Below, piece after piece: positions 26,263-38,878 of a stretch of DNA of 64,000 nt. Each line of letters begins with the position of its first letter. The stretch's first letter is position 1. The position numbers and the translations under genes were made by a program. Source of the DNA: Mobula hypostoma (taxonomy: Eukaryota). The notes under the pieces were generated by a model. It saw nothing but the letters and a program-made list of their open reading frames with translations. It did not search any database and was not told where the DNA came from. The DNA lies in assembly GCF_963921235.1 (NCBI RefSeq), contig NC_086108.1:19840001-19904000 (forward strand), in the 5' to 3' direction.

Positions 26263-27700
26263 TCATCATCATCAGGTGCTATGCCCAGATTGAGCTTTGA
26301 CTGCCATGGCCCACACACTCCTGTTTCGGATTAAGTGGATCAATTCATTGGTATTCATTTCCAGATCTCTGGTGGCTGTCTCCATCATAATTTGTCTTTG
26401 CCTTCCTCTTGCTTTCTTCCCTTCAATCTTTCCCATAAGTACCATGCATTCTAACTCCTCTTCCCTAATCACATGTCCAATGAAGTTACATTGCCTTTTC
26501 ATGATCTCATACATTATTTCTCTATTTGTGCTTGACATCCTCATTAGATATTCATTTCATCCATGATATTTTTTGCATCCTCCTCAAAAACCACTTTGCT
26601 GCTGCTTCAATTCGTTTCCTAGTGTTACTAGATATTGTCCGACATTCTGAGCCATATAACGTAACTGGATAAATGTAACATTTCAGTGCTCTGAGGCGGG
26701 TTGTCATGCCTAGTTTAGTGTTGGTCAGTATACTCTTCATTCTCGTAAAGGGTCTTTTGCCATCCCTATTCTTCTTTTGATGTCCATGGCACACCTGCCA
26801 TCTGATGTCACCCAGCTTCCTAAGTAGAAAAAGCTCTGTAATTGTTTTCTGTTTTCCCCATTTATTCTCAACCTGCAGAAAGGATTCTCCTCCTTTTTGG
26901 ATATCATCATACATTCTGTCTTTTTGCAATTGATAGACCATTTTTGCACTTTCTTCAACAACTATATTAATTAAGTTTTGTAGTTCTTCCTCTGTACTTG
27001 CAATTAACAGTGTCATCTGCATATCTAAAATTATTGATTGACACCGCCAACTTTGATTCCCAAGATGTCTCTTATTTTTTGTAATATTGTTTCGCTGTAC
27101 ACATTAAACAAATCAGGGGAGAAAACACACCCTTGTCTAACACCTCTCTTGATTTTCGTAAACTGACTCACTTCTCCATCTATTCTTACAGCGGCAGTTT
27201 TCTGATTAGGCGGAGGCCTTTCGAATCTAGATCTAGAGTTTTCTGTAATATTTCAAATAACTTATTGTGCTTCACTTTATCAAATGCTTTTGTGTAGTCG
27301 ATAAAACAAACAAATCTTTTTGCTCTTGAATAGCTTGTTCTGATAGTATCCTTAACATCAATATCGCGTTTCTTGTACCTTTGTCTTTCACAAACCATAT
27401 TGTTCTTTAGCTATTTCAGCTTGTATCTTACTTTTAGCTCTTGTTATCAAAATTCTTAGAAGTATCTTAGTGATATGACTAATTAAACTTATGGTTCAAC
27501 GTAATTCACATTCTATTGCTCCAGGTTTCTTAGGAAGAGTGATAAGTACTGATTTTTTTCATCTCTTCTGGTATTATTGCAGTCTCATAAATGTCATCCA
27601 TTAAATCAGTAAGTTTTTCAATTCCATAATCTTCAAGGGCGATAATTTGTTCTATTCCTATTAATCAAGACCTGCTGCCTTTCCTTTCTTCATCTTCAAG
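26263..27700 (-). mobile_element. RTE-clade LINE 3' fragment
   Basis: FIDYTKAFDKVKH, GVRQGCVFSP, LYGSEC...FLRRM, GHVIR...GKIEGKKARGRQR, and a (TGA)n tail at 26263-26274. Confidence 0.8.
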
Positions 27701-28134
27701 GCATGCAGTCTTCAAATAGTTCTCACCTTACAAGATGTCGCTCTCTCACTTGCTATTTCAGAACTGTCTTGTTCTTTGATACCCTTTTTATTCTCCATTA
27801 TTAAAATTGGAGTTTAGAAAGTTGAAAATCCGGTGGCAATAAAGCTCCAATAACTTGAATGAAAATAATAAAGTATTTAATCTATGTATGCAAATATTAT
27901 TTGAAGGAACAGTGTTTTTGACAAATGACATGACAGGAAATGCCAAACCATCATTCAGAAAGAAAATTGATTCTAAGCTGGATTCTTCATTATGATTTTT
28001 GTTTCCCTGTATTTTGCGGGGGGGGGGGGTTTGTTGTAGTGCCAGCACACCTCATCATCTGTATGCGTTGTTGAACTTTATCCAACATGGGTGTATATAT
28101 ATATCAAGAGAGATTCAATTTGTATTCTGTTAAG

Positions 28135-28200
28135 GGAGACCGAGTGCTAGGTGTGACTTCCATTGGAGCGATGGCAGAACAGTGCATCGTTGACCATAAG
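28135..28200 (+). CDS. CRYZL2: CRYZL2 exon 5 (GDRVLGVTSIGAMAEQCIVDHK)
   Basis: GDRV motif; AAG| acceptor, AAG|GTGAGT donor. Confidence 0.92.
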
Positions 28201-31054
28201 GTGAGTGGCGTGCGATTTCAGAGCAGCCAATGAAGTCTGTTCTGAAAATCTCGTGATCTTGCAGGGTGAAACAATCGTTTGGGCTGAGATGGAATGGAAG
28301 GAGTGCAGTTTGAATTAATGTTTGGTTTGGTATTTGTGGTTTAAATACTACCTCAAGAAGGATATGTCATGTCTCAAAAGCGCAAGTCCATGGGTAAGGA
28401 TACAGCTGAATCAACTCTTATGGGGAGTTTGGGTTATCACTCAACTTCTTTTCATGTTCTCACATTGGCTATGACTTTAGACAAACCAAGCCAACTGCAA
28501 AGTGCTCAGTAATGATTCTTTGAGTCTTCAAGTGTTCATGTCTCACTCTGACACCTTGCCATGCTTAATCAACTGTTGCAACACCCAACATTGCCACAGA
28601 GGTTGCACTTTAATACGTGTCTCATTCTCTGTGAAGGATTGCAACATCATGAGGGTATTCAAGCCAATTACTCTGTTTTCCATTGGCTGCTGCACTGGCC
28701 CCCTCCCTACGTACACATTTTGTTGTGTTTGCTCACCTCATCACAATCTTCATAAACTTCACTTCCAGCTGCAGATCGGTATTTTTTTTTAAAGTTATGA
28801 ACTAGCATGATGTATTAATTTATCTGGGAATCTGTGCTCACTATGCTGTGAGAAAGAGAGAGAGATGAAGGAAAACTCTTCTGTTCCAGCAAGGCTTGTT
28901 AGTTTAACCCTGTAATTCGGAACACAACTCTGTAAGCTGATCTTTTTGAGTTCTTGTAACTTTTTGGAAAGATGCTGCTTTCAGATGAAGAGGAAAGGAA
29001 TACTTTTGGTATAATAGACTAATGATGTTTGCTGATTGTATATTTGCTTTAAGGTAAAATTATTGAGGTAAGTTGTCCTTTTGCCACCTTAGGTCCTTCC
29101 TACAGCTAAATTAGTTTTACCTGTAATTAAGGAGCTCAATTGCTGATCCCTCGTTCCCATTATGGTGAACAAAGCTGAGTCTGTGATAGAAAGTTTTGTC
29201 ACACTTTAAAAGGCTCCTGTGTTCTGTATTTTAAAGAAGTTTAATCTTTTAGTACTCTCTTCAATCGAGGAAACTCCATCAAATGTATTTCATTGTCTTT
29301 AATATGAGTGTAGAGGCTAAACAGCTTCTGAAGCTATGCAAATACTGGTCTGAATCAAAAAGTAGGGAAAGATAGGGCAATGTACTTCTAGTTGTGATTG
29401 TGGTATGGAAATACCACGCATGCTCTTCCATCGCCATAGTTAGTACTGTTTACACACTGTCAAGAAGTCAGAGAGTAATACAGTATGGAAACAGGCCACT
29501 CGGCCCAACTGGTCCATGCCAACTGCAGCATATTTCCTGGTAGCCCCACTTGCTCACACATAACCCTCCAAATCACACTCCTCCATGTACCTATCCAAGA
29601 GTCTCTTAAACGTTGCAGTTGTACCTGCTTTGACCTCTTCCTCTGGCAGTTCATTCTAGGTATTTATTACCAAATGTGTAAGGAAGTTTTCTCAGGTATG
29701 TTTTAATTCTCTCCCTTCTTATTTTGTGTCTGTGCTCTCTAATTGATTGGTTCCTGATTGGTCAGGATGTCAAAAGTTACAGAGAAATGGGGTTGTGAGG
29801 GCTTATAAATCAGTCATGGAATGGTGAGCAGACTCGATGGGTCAAATAGCCTAATTCTGCCCCAATGTCTTATGGTCGTATGGAACTGAGAGGTGATCAT
29901 ATAGATGTGTATAAAATTAGGGGCACAGCCAGAGTTAATGTGGACTGCCTTTTCCCCAGGGTTGGAGAATCAAGAAATCAATGACGTAGGTTTAAGGGAA
30001 TAGGAATCTGAGGGGCGACTGTTTCACCAAAAGTATGGTCATTTTATGAAATGAGCTGCCAGAGGCAGGTAACTTAATAACACTTAATAAATATTTGGAC
30101 AAGTACATGGATAGGAAAGGTTGAGAAGAATCTGGGTGAAATGCAGGCAAATGGGACGAGGTTAGATCGGAACCTTGAGCAAAGGGCTCATTTCCATGCT
30201 GTCTGACATTATGACTATACTGCTTATAGCCCAGACCAAGTGGAGATGATTGGATATGTATCCCAGCAGTCAACCCTGGAGATTTCATGATGTAACTATA
30301 ATTATTTTGTGCCTTGACCTTGTCACTCTGATTGATAGTGATATCGTTGATCACCTTGTTTTAAAAATATGTCCAAATGCTCTCATGGTTTAAGGCTGGG
30401 TTGCATTGTTTTGTATTGTTTAGAGTAAACATCTCACCTACAGAGTAGTGTGAGCAAGCTTGCCAGATGCTGTAAGTGTGCCCTTTAACTTGAGTGCTCA
30501 TTGTAGTCCAGTAGCATCAGTTGCTTTAAAAAGCCTAAGGGTGGGAGGATGGAGATATGTTCTCTACCAAATGAGGTGTCAGGCCTTCCCTTTGCTAGCC
30601 TACAGGTCACCCTTGGGCAAGGTGTAGCACCTGCCTAGCTCCCCAATCGGGGTCATATGGAACCATGGGAGCAGGTGGTGGATAGTCATATGAGCAGTTG
30701 GTGCATATCGCAAGTTCTGGTTATGGGACCACTTGCACCATGCAGACAATCTCTGAAGAGTATTGATAATGGCTGCGGTCACCCATTTTGTAAAGACACT
30801 GCTCAGAAGAAGGCAAACCACTGCTGTGGAAAAATTTGCCAAGAACAATAATGGTCATGGAAAGACCATGATCTAACAATGTGGCACATAATGATGACGT
30901 ATTTGATCATAGAAGTCACTGCAGAATTGAGTAATAACACGCTGGAGGGGAAAGGGAGGAATATGGGATGGGGGAACAATGTGTGGTCAGTGGTGGTTGG
31001 TTGCATATCCAATATGCTGCCTTGGTTTTAACTGTGTGCCTGAAATCCCTTTAG

Positions 31055-31164
31055 GTATTGTGGCCGATTGATGAGGCTATATCGTTTGAAATGGCAAGCG
31101 TGTTACCGGTTTCATATGGCACAGCGATCCTGGCTCTGCAGCACCGAGCAAACACACAGCCAGG
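31055..31164 (+). CDS. CRYZL2: CRYZL2 exon 6 (VLWPIDEAISFEMASVLPVSYGTAILALQHRANTQPG)
   Basis: CCCTTTAG| acceptor, GG|GTGAGA donor; LPVSYGTA motif. Confidence 0.92.
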
Positions 31165-33057
31165 GTGAGAAGTGACATCATTCAATCCTAGTTTGCCTTT
31201 CATGTGCTTGTCAGCAGACAGTATAGGAGGTTCTCTGTCAATTGCGGGAGCAACAGCTTATGGTGAAAACTGGGACAAAAACTTACATATGGTGACAAAT
31301 ATGTTTTACAATTCTATTCCATTTACCTTAACCTTGTAGACAAAATTTTGAAGTGTGCAGCACAGAACAAGATTGATGAACCCAAAGTTCCGGAATACCT
31401 CCTTGAAAGAGCAATTGAACTAATCCGACTCCTCTATGATTTCCCCTGCGTCATCCTCCTTTGCAAGTGGTCTCACTCTCAGTAGATGAACCTAAGAGTT
31501 TGAAGATGAATCCAGGTTGAAACTCTCTAGCCAGCAATCTGTGGTCTTGCAGCTCCCTTGATCTGGTCTGATTTGAATCTGTCGTACAGATCTGTACCAA
31601 TTAACTAATTCTAACTAAAATCAAAAATTAGCTCTCTTATCTATACTAATCTGTAGTTAATTAACCTACCAGTGCAGCTTTTCTAATCTTAGGTGACAGT
31701 ATTTTCAATTTAAAGAAATTTTTGTTTACAGACAGTCCTCAGGACTGCTCGTACTTGAAAAGAACAATTCTCCTGCTTCGAAGATGAAGATTGGAGGCAA
31801 TTTTTCTGTGACTCAACACCGGTCAGGTCCCAAGGCTGCTTGACTAGCAAGTTTCAACCTATACTCCTAAACAACTTCACTTGGAGCAGTCTTGCTGTCT
31901 AGCAAGTCTGTGGCACCACCTGTTACTTAGATTACACTATTTATAACAAATTTTAAGTCTGATCTAAGTTTTTCTTCATACACACCAAACACCATTGGTA
32001 GTGCAGTTTGTGTAGCCATCTAGTGGCTCCTGTGACCCAGGTTCAAGCCTGTTCTCTTTGTGAGATAGGTTGGTTTCTCCCAGGTTCTTTTGTTTCCTCC
32101 CACATTCCAAAGAGGTGCTCTTCAGTTGGTTAATTGGGCACTCCATATTTCCCTTGGTGTAAGTGGATGGCAGGAGACTCTGGTGGATGTTAGTGGGTAT
32201 GGGAAAGAGAATGGGTGGCAGGAAAATATGGGGAATAGAATTGCTCAAAATGTTCTGTGAGAGCTGGCATAGATACAGTGGTCTAAATGAGCTTTCATTT
32301 CAAAAGAAAATGTCAAATAATGTGAAAGTTAGACAATCTCATCCAAGCTCTCTCAAACCGCAATTTAATATTCCTTTCCCCCCGCAATCAGTTGTCACTC
32401 TCACCAAATTCACAACCTGCTTCTTCTTCCTTCTTCTGAGGTTGTCCTCAGGGATCGAATATGACTTTGCGACTTCCACTCCAATTCTGAGGTAGCTAAA
32501 GAGGCCACACATTTATGGTAATTTTACCAGCACTGACAGCTGCTCCCACTCCAGTAACTGCCAAGGGCCAAGAACAATACAGTGTAATTGTTAGAGATGC
32601 ATTTTTCTTAGCAGGGCGGGGGGGGGGGGTGTGATTGTGAATAAAATGGCCAGTCCATTCTCATTTCTCTTGAACTAAGCCTCTTAGCAAGTGTCACCTG
32701 GAGGCAGTCAGTTTGGAGAATTGTATCTTGATTAAGATCACCAGCTAAGCAGTACCCAGAGACCAGTTCTGTGAGCTTCCTGGTTCATGAGATGTTGTTC
32801 CATGCTGGGCATTGCTTCTCAGCTCCATGCTTATGGGGAAAGATCCTGACTTCCATTACTCTTGTTTAATACAGTCATTAAAACTCACCACTTCGACCAA
32901 AGTGTTGGTCATTGACCAAGTACCTTGCTGCTGTTGTTCAGAAGTGACATGGATGATTAAATGCAACTTGTTTTTTTGTGAGCGTGTGATTCTGTATTTC
33001 TGAGAGGCCTGAATCTAATTTGAAGTTGTGTCCCTTGTTTCTGTTGACATTTGCCAG

Positions 33058-33139
33058 GGAGACGGTTCTGGTGACAGCAGCAGCTGGTGCAGCAGGACTT
33101 GCTGCTATGGACATTGCATCTCACATCCTGAATGCCAAG
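33058..33139 (+). CDS. CRYZL2: CRYZL2 exon 7 (ETVLVTAAAGAAGLAAMDIASHILNAK)
   Basis: NADPH-binding AxxGxxG Rossmann motif; CCAG| acceptor, AAG|GTTTGA donor. Confidence 0.92.
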
Positions 33140-33164
33140 GTTTGATGCTCTTTTTGTTTTTGAT

Positions 33165-34850
33165 ACCATAGGATATAGTAGCAGAATTAGGCCATTTGGC
33201 CTGTTGAGTTTGCTCCGCCTTTCATCATGGCTGATCCAATATTCCTCTCAGCCCCAATCTCCTCCCTTTTCCATGTATCCCTTCATGCCCTGACTAATCA
33301 AGAATCTATCAACCTCTGCCTTAAATATACATAAAGAATTGGCCTTAACAGCTGTTTCTCTGGCTAAAGAAATTCCTCCTCATCTCTGTTCTAAAACTGT
33401 GCCCTTCTATTCTGAGACTGTGTCCTCTGGTCTTAGACTCCCCCATCATAGAAAATATGCTTTCACCATTTGATAGGTTTCAGTGAGGTCACCCCTCATT
33501 CTTTGGAATTCTAGTGAATATAGGCTGAGAGCCCTCAAATGCTTTTCATATGAAAAGCCATTCAATCCTGGAATAATTTTTGTGAACCTCCTTTGAACCC
33601 TCTGCAGTTTCAGCACATCCTTTCTAAGAATAGGGGCCCAAAACTGCTCACAATACTCCAAGTGAGGTCTCACCACTGCTTTATAAAGTCTCAGCATTGC
33701 ATCCTTGCTTTATACTCTAGTCCCCTTCATATGAATGCTAACATCGCATTTGCCTTCCTCACCACAGACTCAAGCTGCAAATTAACCTTTAGGGAATCCT
33801 GCACAAGGACTCCAAAGTCTCTTTGCACCTCAGTTTTTTGTATTTTCTCTCCCTTTCATTTCTTCAACCAAAGTGCATGACCATACACTTCCTGACACTG
33901 TATTCCATCTCCCATTTCTTTACCCATTCTCCTAATCTGTCTAAGTCCTTCTACCCTCTCTATTTCCTCAAAACTACCTGCCTCTCCACCTGTCTTCATC
34001 TGATCTGCAAACTTTGCAACAATGCATCAATTACATCATCCAAATCATTGATAAATAATGTAAAAAGAATGGGTCCCAACACAGACCCCTGTGGAACACC
34101 ACTAGTCACCGGCAGTCAACCAGAAAAGGTTCCCTTCATTCCTATTCTGTGTCTCTTGCAAATCAGCCACTACTTTATCCAAGTAGAATCTTTTCTGTAA
34201 TACTGTGGGCTCATAGCTTGTTAAGCAGTCTCGTGTGGCACCTTGTCAAAGGTCTTCTGAAAATCGAAGTCCACAACATCAGTGGATTCTCCTTTGTCTA
34301 TCCTGCTGACTCTGGCGCATTTTATCATGTCCTCCAAGTATCCTGAGATTTCATCCTTAATGATCGATTCCAACGTCTTCCCAGCCAATGAGGTCAGACT
34401 AACTGGCCTATAATTTCCTTTCTTCTGGATCTCTCCCTTCTTGAAGAGTGGATTGACATTTGCAATTTTCCAGTCTTCCGGAACCATTCCAGAATCTAGT
34501 GATTTATGAAAGATCATTACTGATGCCTCCATGATCTCTTCAGCCATCTTCTTCAGAATTCTGGAGTGTACACCATCTGGTCCAGGTGACTTATCTACCT
34601 TCAGACCTTTCAGTTTCCCAGGAACTTTCTCTCTAGTTATGGTAACTTCACACACTTCATGCCCTGACACCTAGAACTTCCACCGTACTGCTAGTGTCTC
34701 CCACGGTGAAGACTGATGCAAGTTCATACGCCATTTTGTTGTTCCCCATTACTACCACTATGGCATCATTTTCCAGTGGCCCGACATCTATTCCCACCTC
34801 TCGTTTACACTTTATGTATCCGAAGAAACTTTTGGTATATCTTGTTTCTA
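33165..34850 (-). mobile_element. CR1 fragments
   Basis: ORFs 33446-33697 and 34221-34670 (KSPGPDG, NYRPVSLTS, DFQKTFDKVPH). Confidence 0.82.
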
Positions 34851-35669
34851 TCTGGTGCTCTCTTGCCCAGCAGTTTGGTAGGAGTATTGTGGAGAGATAA
34901 ACAGAACCTCTGCAGAGGTTGTCAGTGCTGTAGAACACTTTGCCCTTGCCTATTCTATTTTGAATTTTCAACGTGCAGTATTTCACTTAGGGAAAATATT
35001 TGCATTTGCACACTAACAAATGTTGTTTCCTGTCCAACATTGTGAATACTTAACAATAAAGCACTGGAGTCTGAGTGACATGGTAGGATGGTAAAGCTTT
35101 TTTTTAAAAATACCTGTGCTGTCTTGAATCTGATTCCAACACACTGGATGGTTGACTTCCACAACCATCACCAAGAGGAGCTCAGTAGCAACAGCACTGA
35201 ACTGACCTGGCAGCTTGGAACGTAAGTGTACTCCTTCACAATCTGTAACTTAATGGCCCAGGATATCCCTCACTCACCATTACTATCAAGCCAGGGAATA
35301 CCCTGGATTCAGCAATGAATATAATAGGACACCCTAGCAGCAGTACCAGGAATACCAAGAACAAAGAGCCAACTTGATGAATATACCTACATGTGCACTA
35401 AACAACAAAACAAGCATATAGTTAATAGTTCTAAGTTATCCTGCAAACAATTGATCAGATTAAAGCCCTGAAAATGGAGCAGCCTGGGCTTCAAGCAGCA
35501 AGAACTACACAGCATTTCTTTGTGGGCTGCCATAGAAATAATAAGAGCCTGGCAAGGACCAGCTGAAACGAGAGAAACTAACCATCTCCAGTGTCATTGC
35601 AAACTTCCCCACCATTACACTGGGGGAGTTGGTGAGTAGAAGATGGGAGTTGAGGCTCAATTCTAATCA

Positions 35670-36570
35670 GCATATTCTTTATACTTTATTGTCGCCGAAC
35701 AATTGATACCAGAACGTACAATCATCACAGCGATATTTGATTCTGTGCTTCCCGCTTCCTGGATTACAAATCGATAGTAAATATTAAAAATTTAAATTAT
35801 AAATCATAAATAGAAAATAGAAAAATGGAAAGTAAGGTAGTGCAAAAGAACCGAGATGCAGGTTGGGATATTTGGAGGGTATGGCCTAGATCCGGGTCAG
35901 GATCCGTTCAGCAGTCTTATCACAGTTGGAAAGAAGCTGTTCCCAAACCTGGCTGAACACGTCTTCAAGCTCCTAAGCCTTCTCCCGGAGGGAAGAGGGA
36001 CGAAAAGTGTGTTGGCTGGGTTGGTGGTGTCCTTGATTATCCTAGCAGCACTGCTCCGACAGCGTGCGGTGTAAGGTGAGTCCAAGGACAGAAGATTGGT
36101 TTGTGTGATGTGCTGCACCGTGTTCACGATCTTCTGCAGCTTCTTCCGGTCTTGGACAGGACAACTTCCATACCAGGTTGTGATGCACCCTAGAAGAATG
36201 CTTTCTACGGTGCATCTATAAAAATGAGTGAGGGTTTTAGGGGACAGGTCAAATTTCTTTAGTTTTCTCAGGAAGTAAAGGCGCTGGTGGGCCTTCTTGG
36301 CAGTGAACTCTGCTTGGTTGGACCAAGTCAGATCATTTGTGATATTGACCCCGAGGAACTTAAAACTTTTGACCTGTTCCACTTGCGCACCACCAATGTA
36401 AATTGGGTCGTGCAGTCCGCTACTCCTTCTGAAGTCAACAACCAATTCTTTCGTCTTGCTGACGTTGAGGGATAGGTTATTGTCTTCGCACCCTCTTAAT
36501 TTCCTCTCTGTCCTCAAACCCAAGATACGGCCTACAATTGTTGTGTCATCAGCAAACTTATATATTGAGT
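35670..36570 (-). mobile_element. Rex-Babar-type LINE 3' part
   Basis: ORF 35897-36523 (LNVSKTKELVVDFR, FKFLG, ESILLGCITTWYG, NSFFPTVIRLLN). Confidence 0.85.
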
Positions 36571-36719
36571 TCCATATTAACTAAACCATCTGATGCTACA
36601 AGGGTAGGAATCTTGTAGTGAGTAGTTTACCTTCTGAATCTATGGTTCAGGAGCATGAGTGAATTCACCTGGATACAGGGCTCAGGAAGCTCAATGCCAT
36701 CCAGGGCAAAGCAGCCCAC

Positions 36720-38505
36720 ATAATTATATGAAGAGCAAGAGGATAAGACGTGAAAGAATAGGACCTATCAAGTGTGACAGTGGGAAAGTATGTATGGAAC
36801 CAGAGGAAATAGCAGAGGCACTTAATGAATACTTTACTTCAGTATTCACTATGGAAAAGGATTTTGGTGATTGTAGTGATGACTTGCAGCAGACTGAAAA
36901 GCTTGAACATGTAAGTATTAGGAAAGAGGATGTGCTGGAGCTTTTGGAAAGCATCAAGTTGAATAAGTCGCCAGGACTGGATGAGTTGTACCCCAGGCTA
37001 CTGTGGGAGGCGAGGGAGGAGATTGCTGAGCCTCTGGCGATGATCTTTGAATCATCAATGCGGACGGGAGAGGTTCCGGAGGATTGGAGGGTTGTGGATG
37101 TTGTTCATTTATTCAAGAAAGGGAATAGAGATAGTCCAGGAAATTATAGACCAGTGAGTCTCAGTGGTTGGTAAGTTGATGGAGAGGACCCTGAGAGGCA
37201 GGATTTATGAACATTTGGAAAGGTATAATATGATTAGGAATAGTCAGCATGGCTTTGTCAAGGGTGGGTTGTGCCTTACGAGCCTGATTGAATTTTTTGA
37301 GGATGTGACTAAACACATTCATGAAGGAAGAGCAGTAGATGTAGTGTATATGGATTTCAGCAAGGCATTTGATAAGGTACCCCATGCAAGGCTTATTGAG
37401 AAAGTAAGGAGGCATGGGATCCAAGGGGACTTTGTTTTGTGGATCCAGAACTGGCTTGCCCACAGAAAGCAAAGGGTGGTGGTAGACGGGTCATATTCTG
37501 AATGGAGGTCGGTCTCCAGTGGAGTGCCTCAGGGATCTGTTCTGGGACCCTAGCTCTTTGTAATCTTTATAAATGACCTAGATGAGGAAGTGGAGGAATG
37601 GGTTAGTAAGTTTGCTGATGATACAAAGGTTGGGGGTGTTGTGGATAGTGTGGAGGGCTGTCAGAGGTTACAGCGGGACATTGATAAGATGCAAAATTGG
37701 GTTGAGAAGTGGCAGATGGAGTTCAACCCAGATAAGTGTGAAGTAGTTCATTTTGGTAGGTCAAATATGATGACAGAAAATGGCATTAATGGTAAGACTT
37801 TTGGCAATATGGAGGATCAGAGGGATCTTGGGGTCCGAGTCCATAGGACGCTCAAAGCAGTTGTACAGGTTGACTCTGTGGTTAAGAAGGCGTACGGTGT
37901 ATTGGCCTTCATCAATCGTGGAATTGAATTTAGGAGCCGAGAGGTAATGTTGCAGCTATATAGGACTCTGGTCAGACCCCACTTGGAGTACTATGCTCAG
38001 TTCTGGTCGCCTCACTACAGGAAGGATGTGGAAGTGTAGAGGAGATTTACAAGGATGTTGCCTGGATTGGGGAGCATGCCTAATGAGAGTGGGTTGAGTG
38101 AACTTGGCCTTTTCTCCTTGGAGCGACGGAGGATGAGCGGTGACCTGATAGAGGTGTATAAGATGATGAGAGGCATTAGTCGTGTGGATAGTCAGAGGCT
38201 TTTTCCCAGGACTGAAATGATTGCCACAGGAGGACACAGGTTTAAGGTGCTGGGGAGTAGGTACAGAGGAGATGTCAGGGGTAAGTTTTTTACTCAGAGA
38301 GTGGTGAGTGCGTGGAATGGGATGCCGGCAATGGTGGTGGAGGTGGATACGATAGGGTCTTTTAAGAGCCTTTTGGATAGGTACATGGAGCTTAGAAAAA
38401 TAGAGGGCTATAGGTAAGCCTAGTAATTTCTAAGGTCGGGACATGTTCGGCACAACTTTGTGGGCCGAAGGGCCTGTATTGTGCTGTAGGTTTTCTATAT
38501 TTCTA
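36720..38505 (+). mobile_element. CR1 LINE RT through 3' end
   Basis: ORFs 36659-38417 with all RT motifs and a TTTCTAT tail. Confidence 0.9.
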
Positions 38506-38514
38506 TAATTGATA

Positions 38515-38878
38515 AGAACATAATAAGAACATGAGGGGTAGACCATCTGGCCCATTGAGCCTGCCCTGCCATTCAGTAAGATCATGGCTGATCTGTCCGT
38601 AAACTCAGCTCCATCTACCTGCCTTTTCCCCATAACCCTTAATTCCCTTACTATGTAAAAACCTATCCAACTGTTTCTTAACTATATTTAGTGAGGAAGC
38701 CTCAACTGCTTCCCTGGGCAGAGAATTCCACAGATTCACCACTCTCTGGGAAAAACAGTTTCTCCTCATCTCCGCCCTAATTCTTCTCCCCTGAATCTTG
38801 AGGCAATATCCACTAGTTCTAGTCTCACCTACCAATGGAAACAACTTTCCTACTTCTATCTTATCTATCCCTTTCAAA
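38515..38878 (-). mobile_element. CR1 3' end
   Basis: ORF 38605-38943 (FSQRVVNLWNSLP); tail-to-tail with the previous copy. Confidence 0.75.
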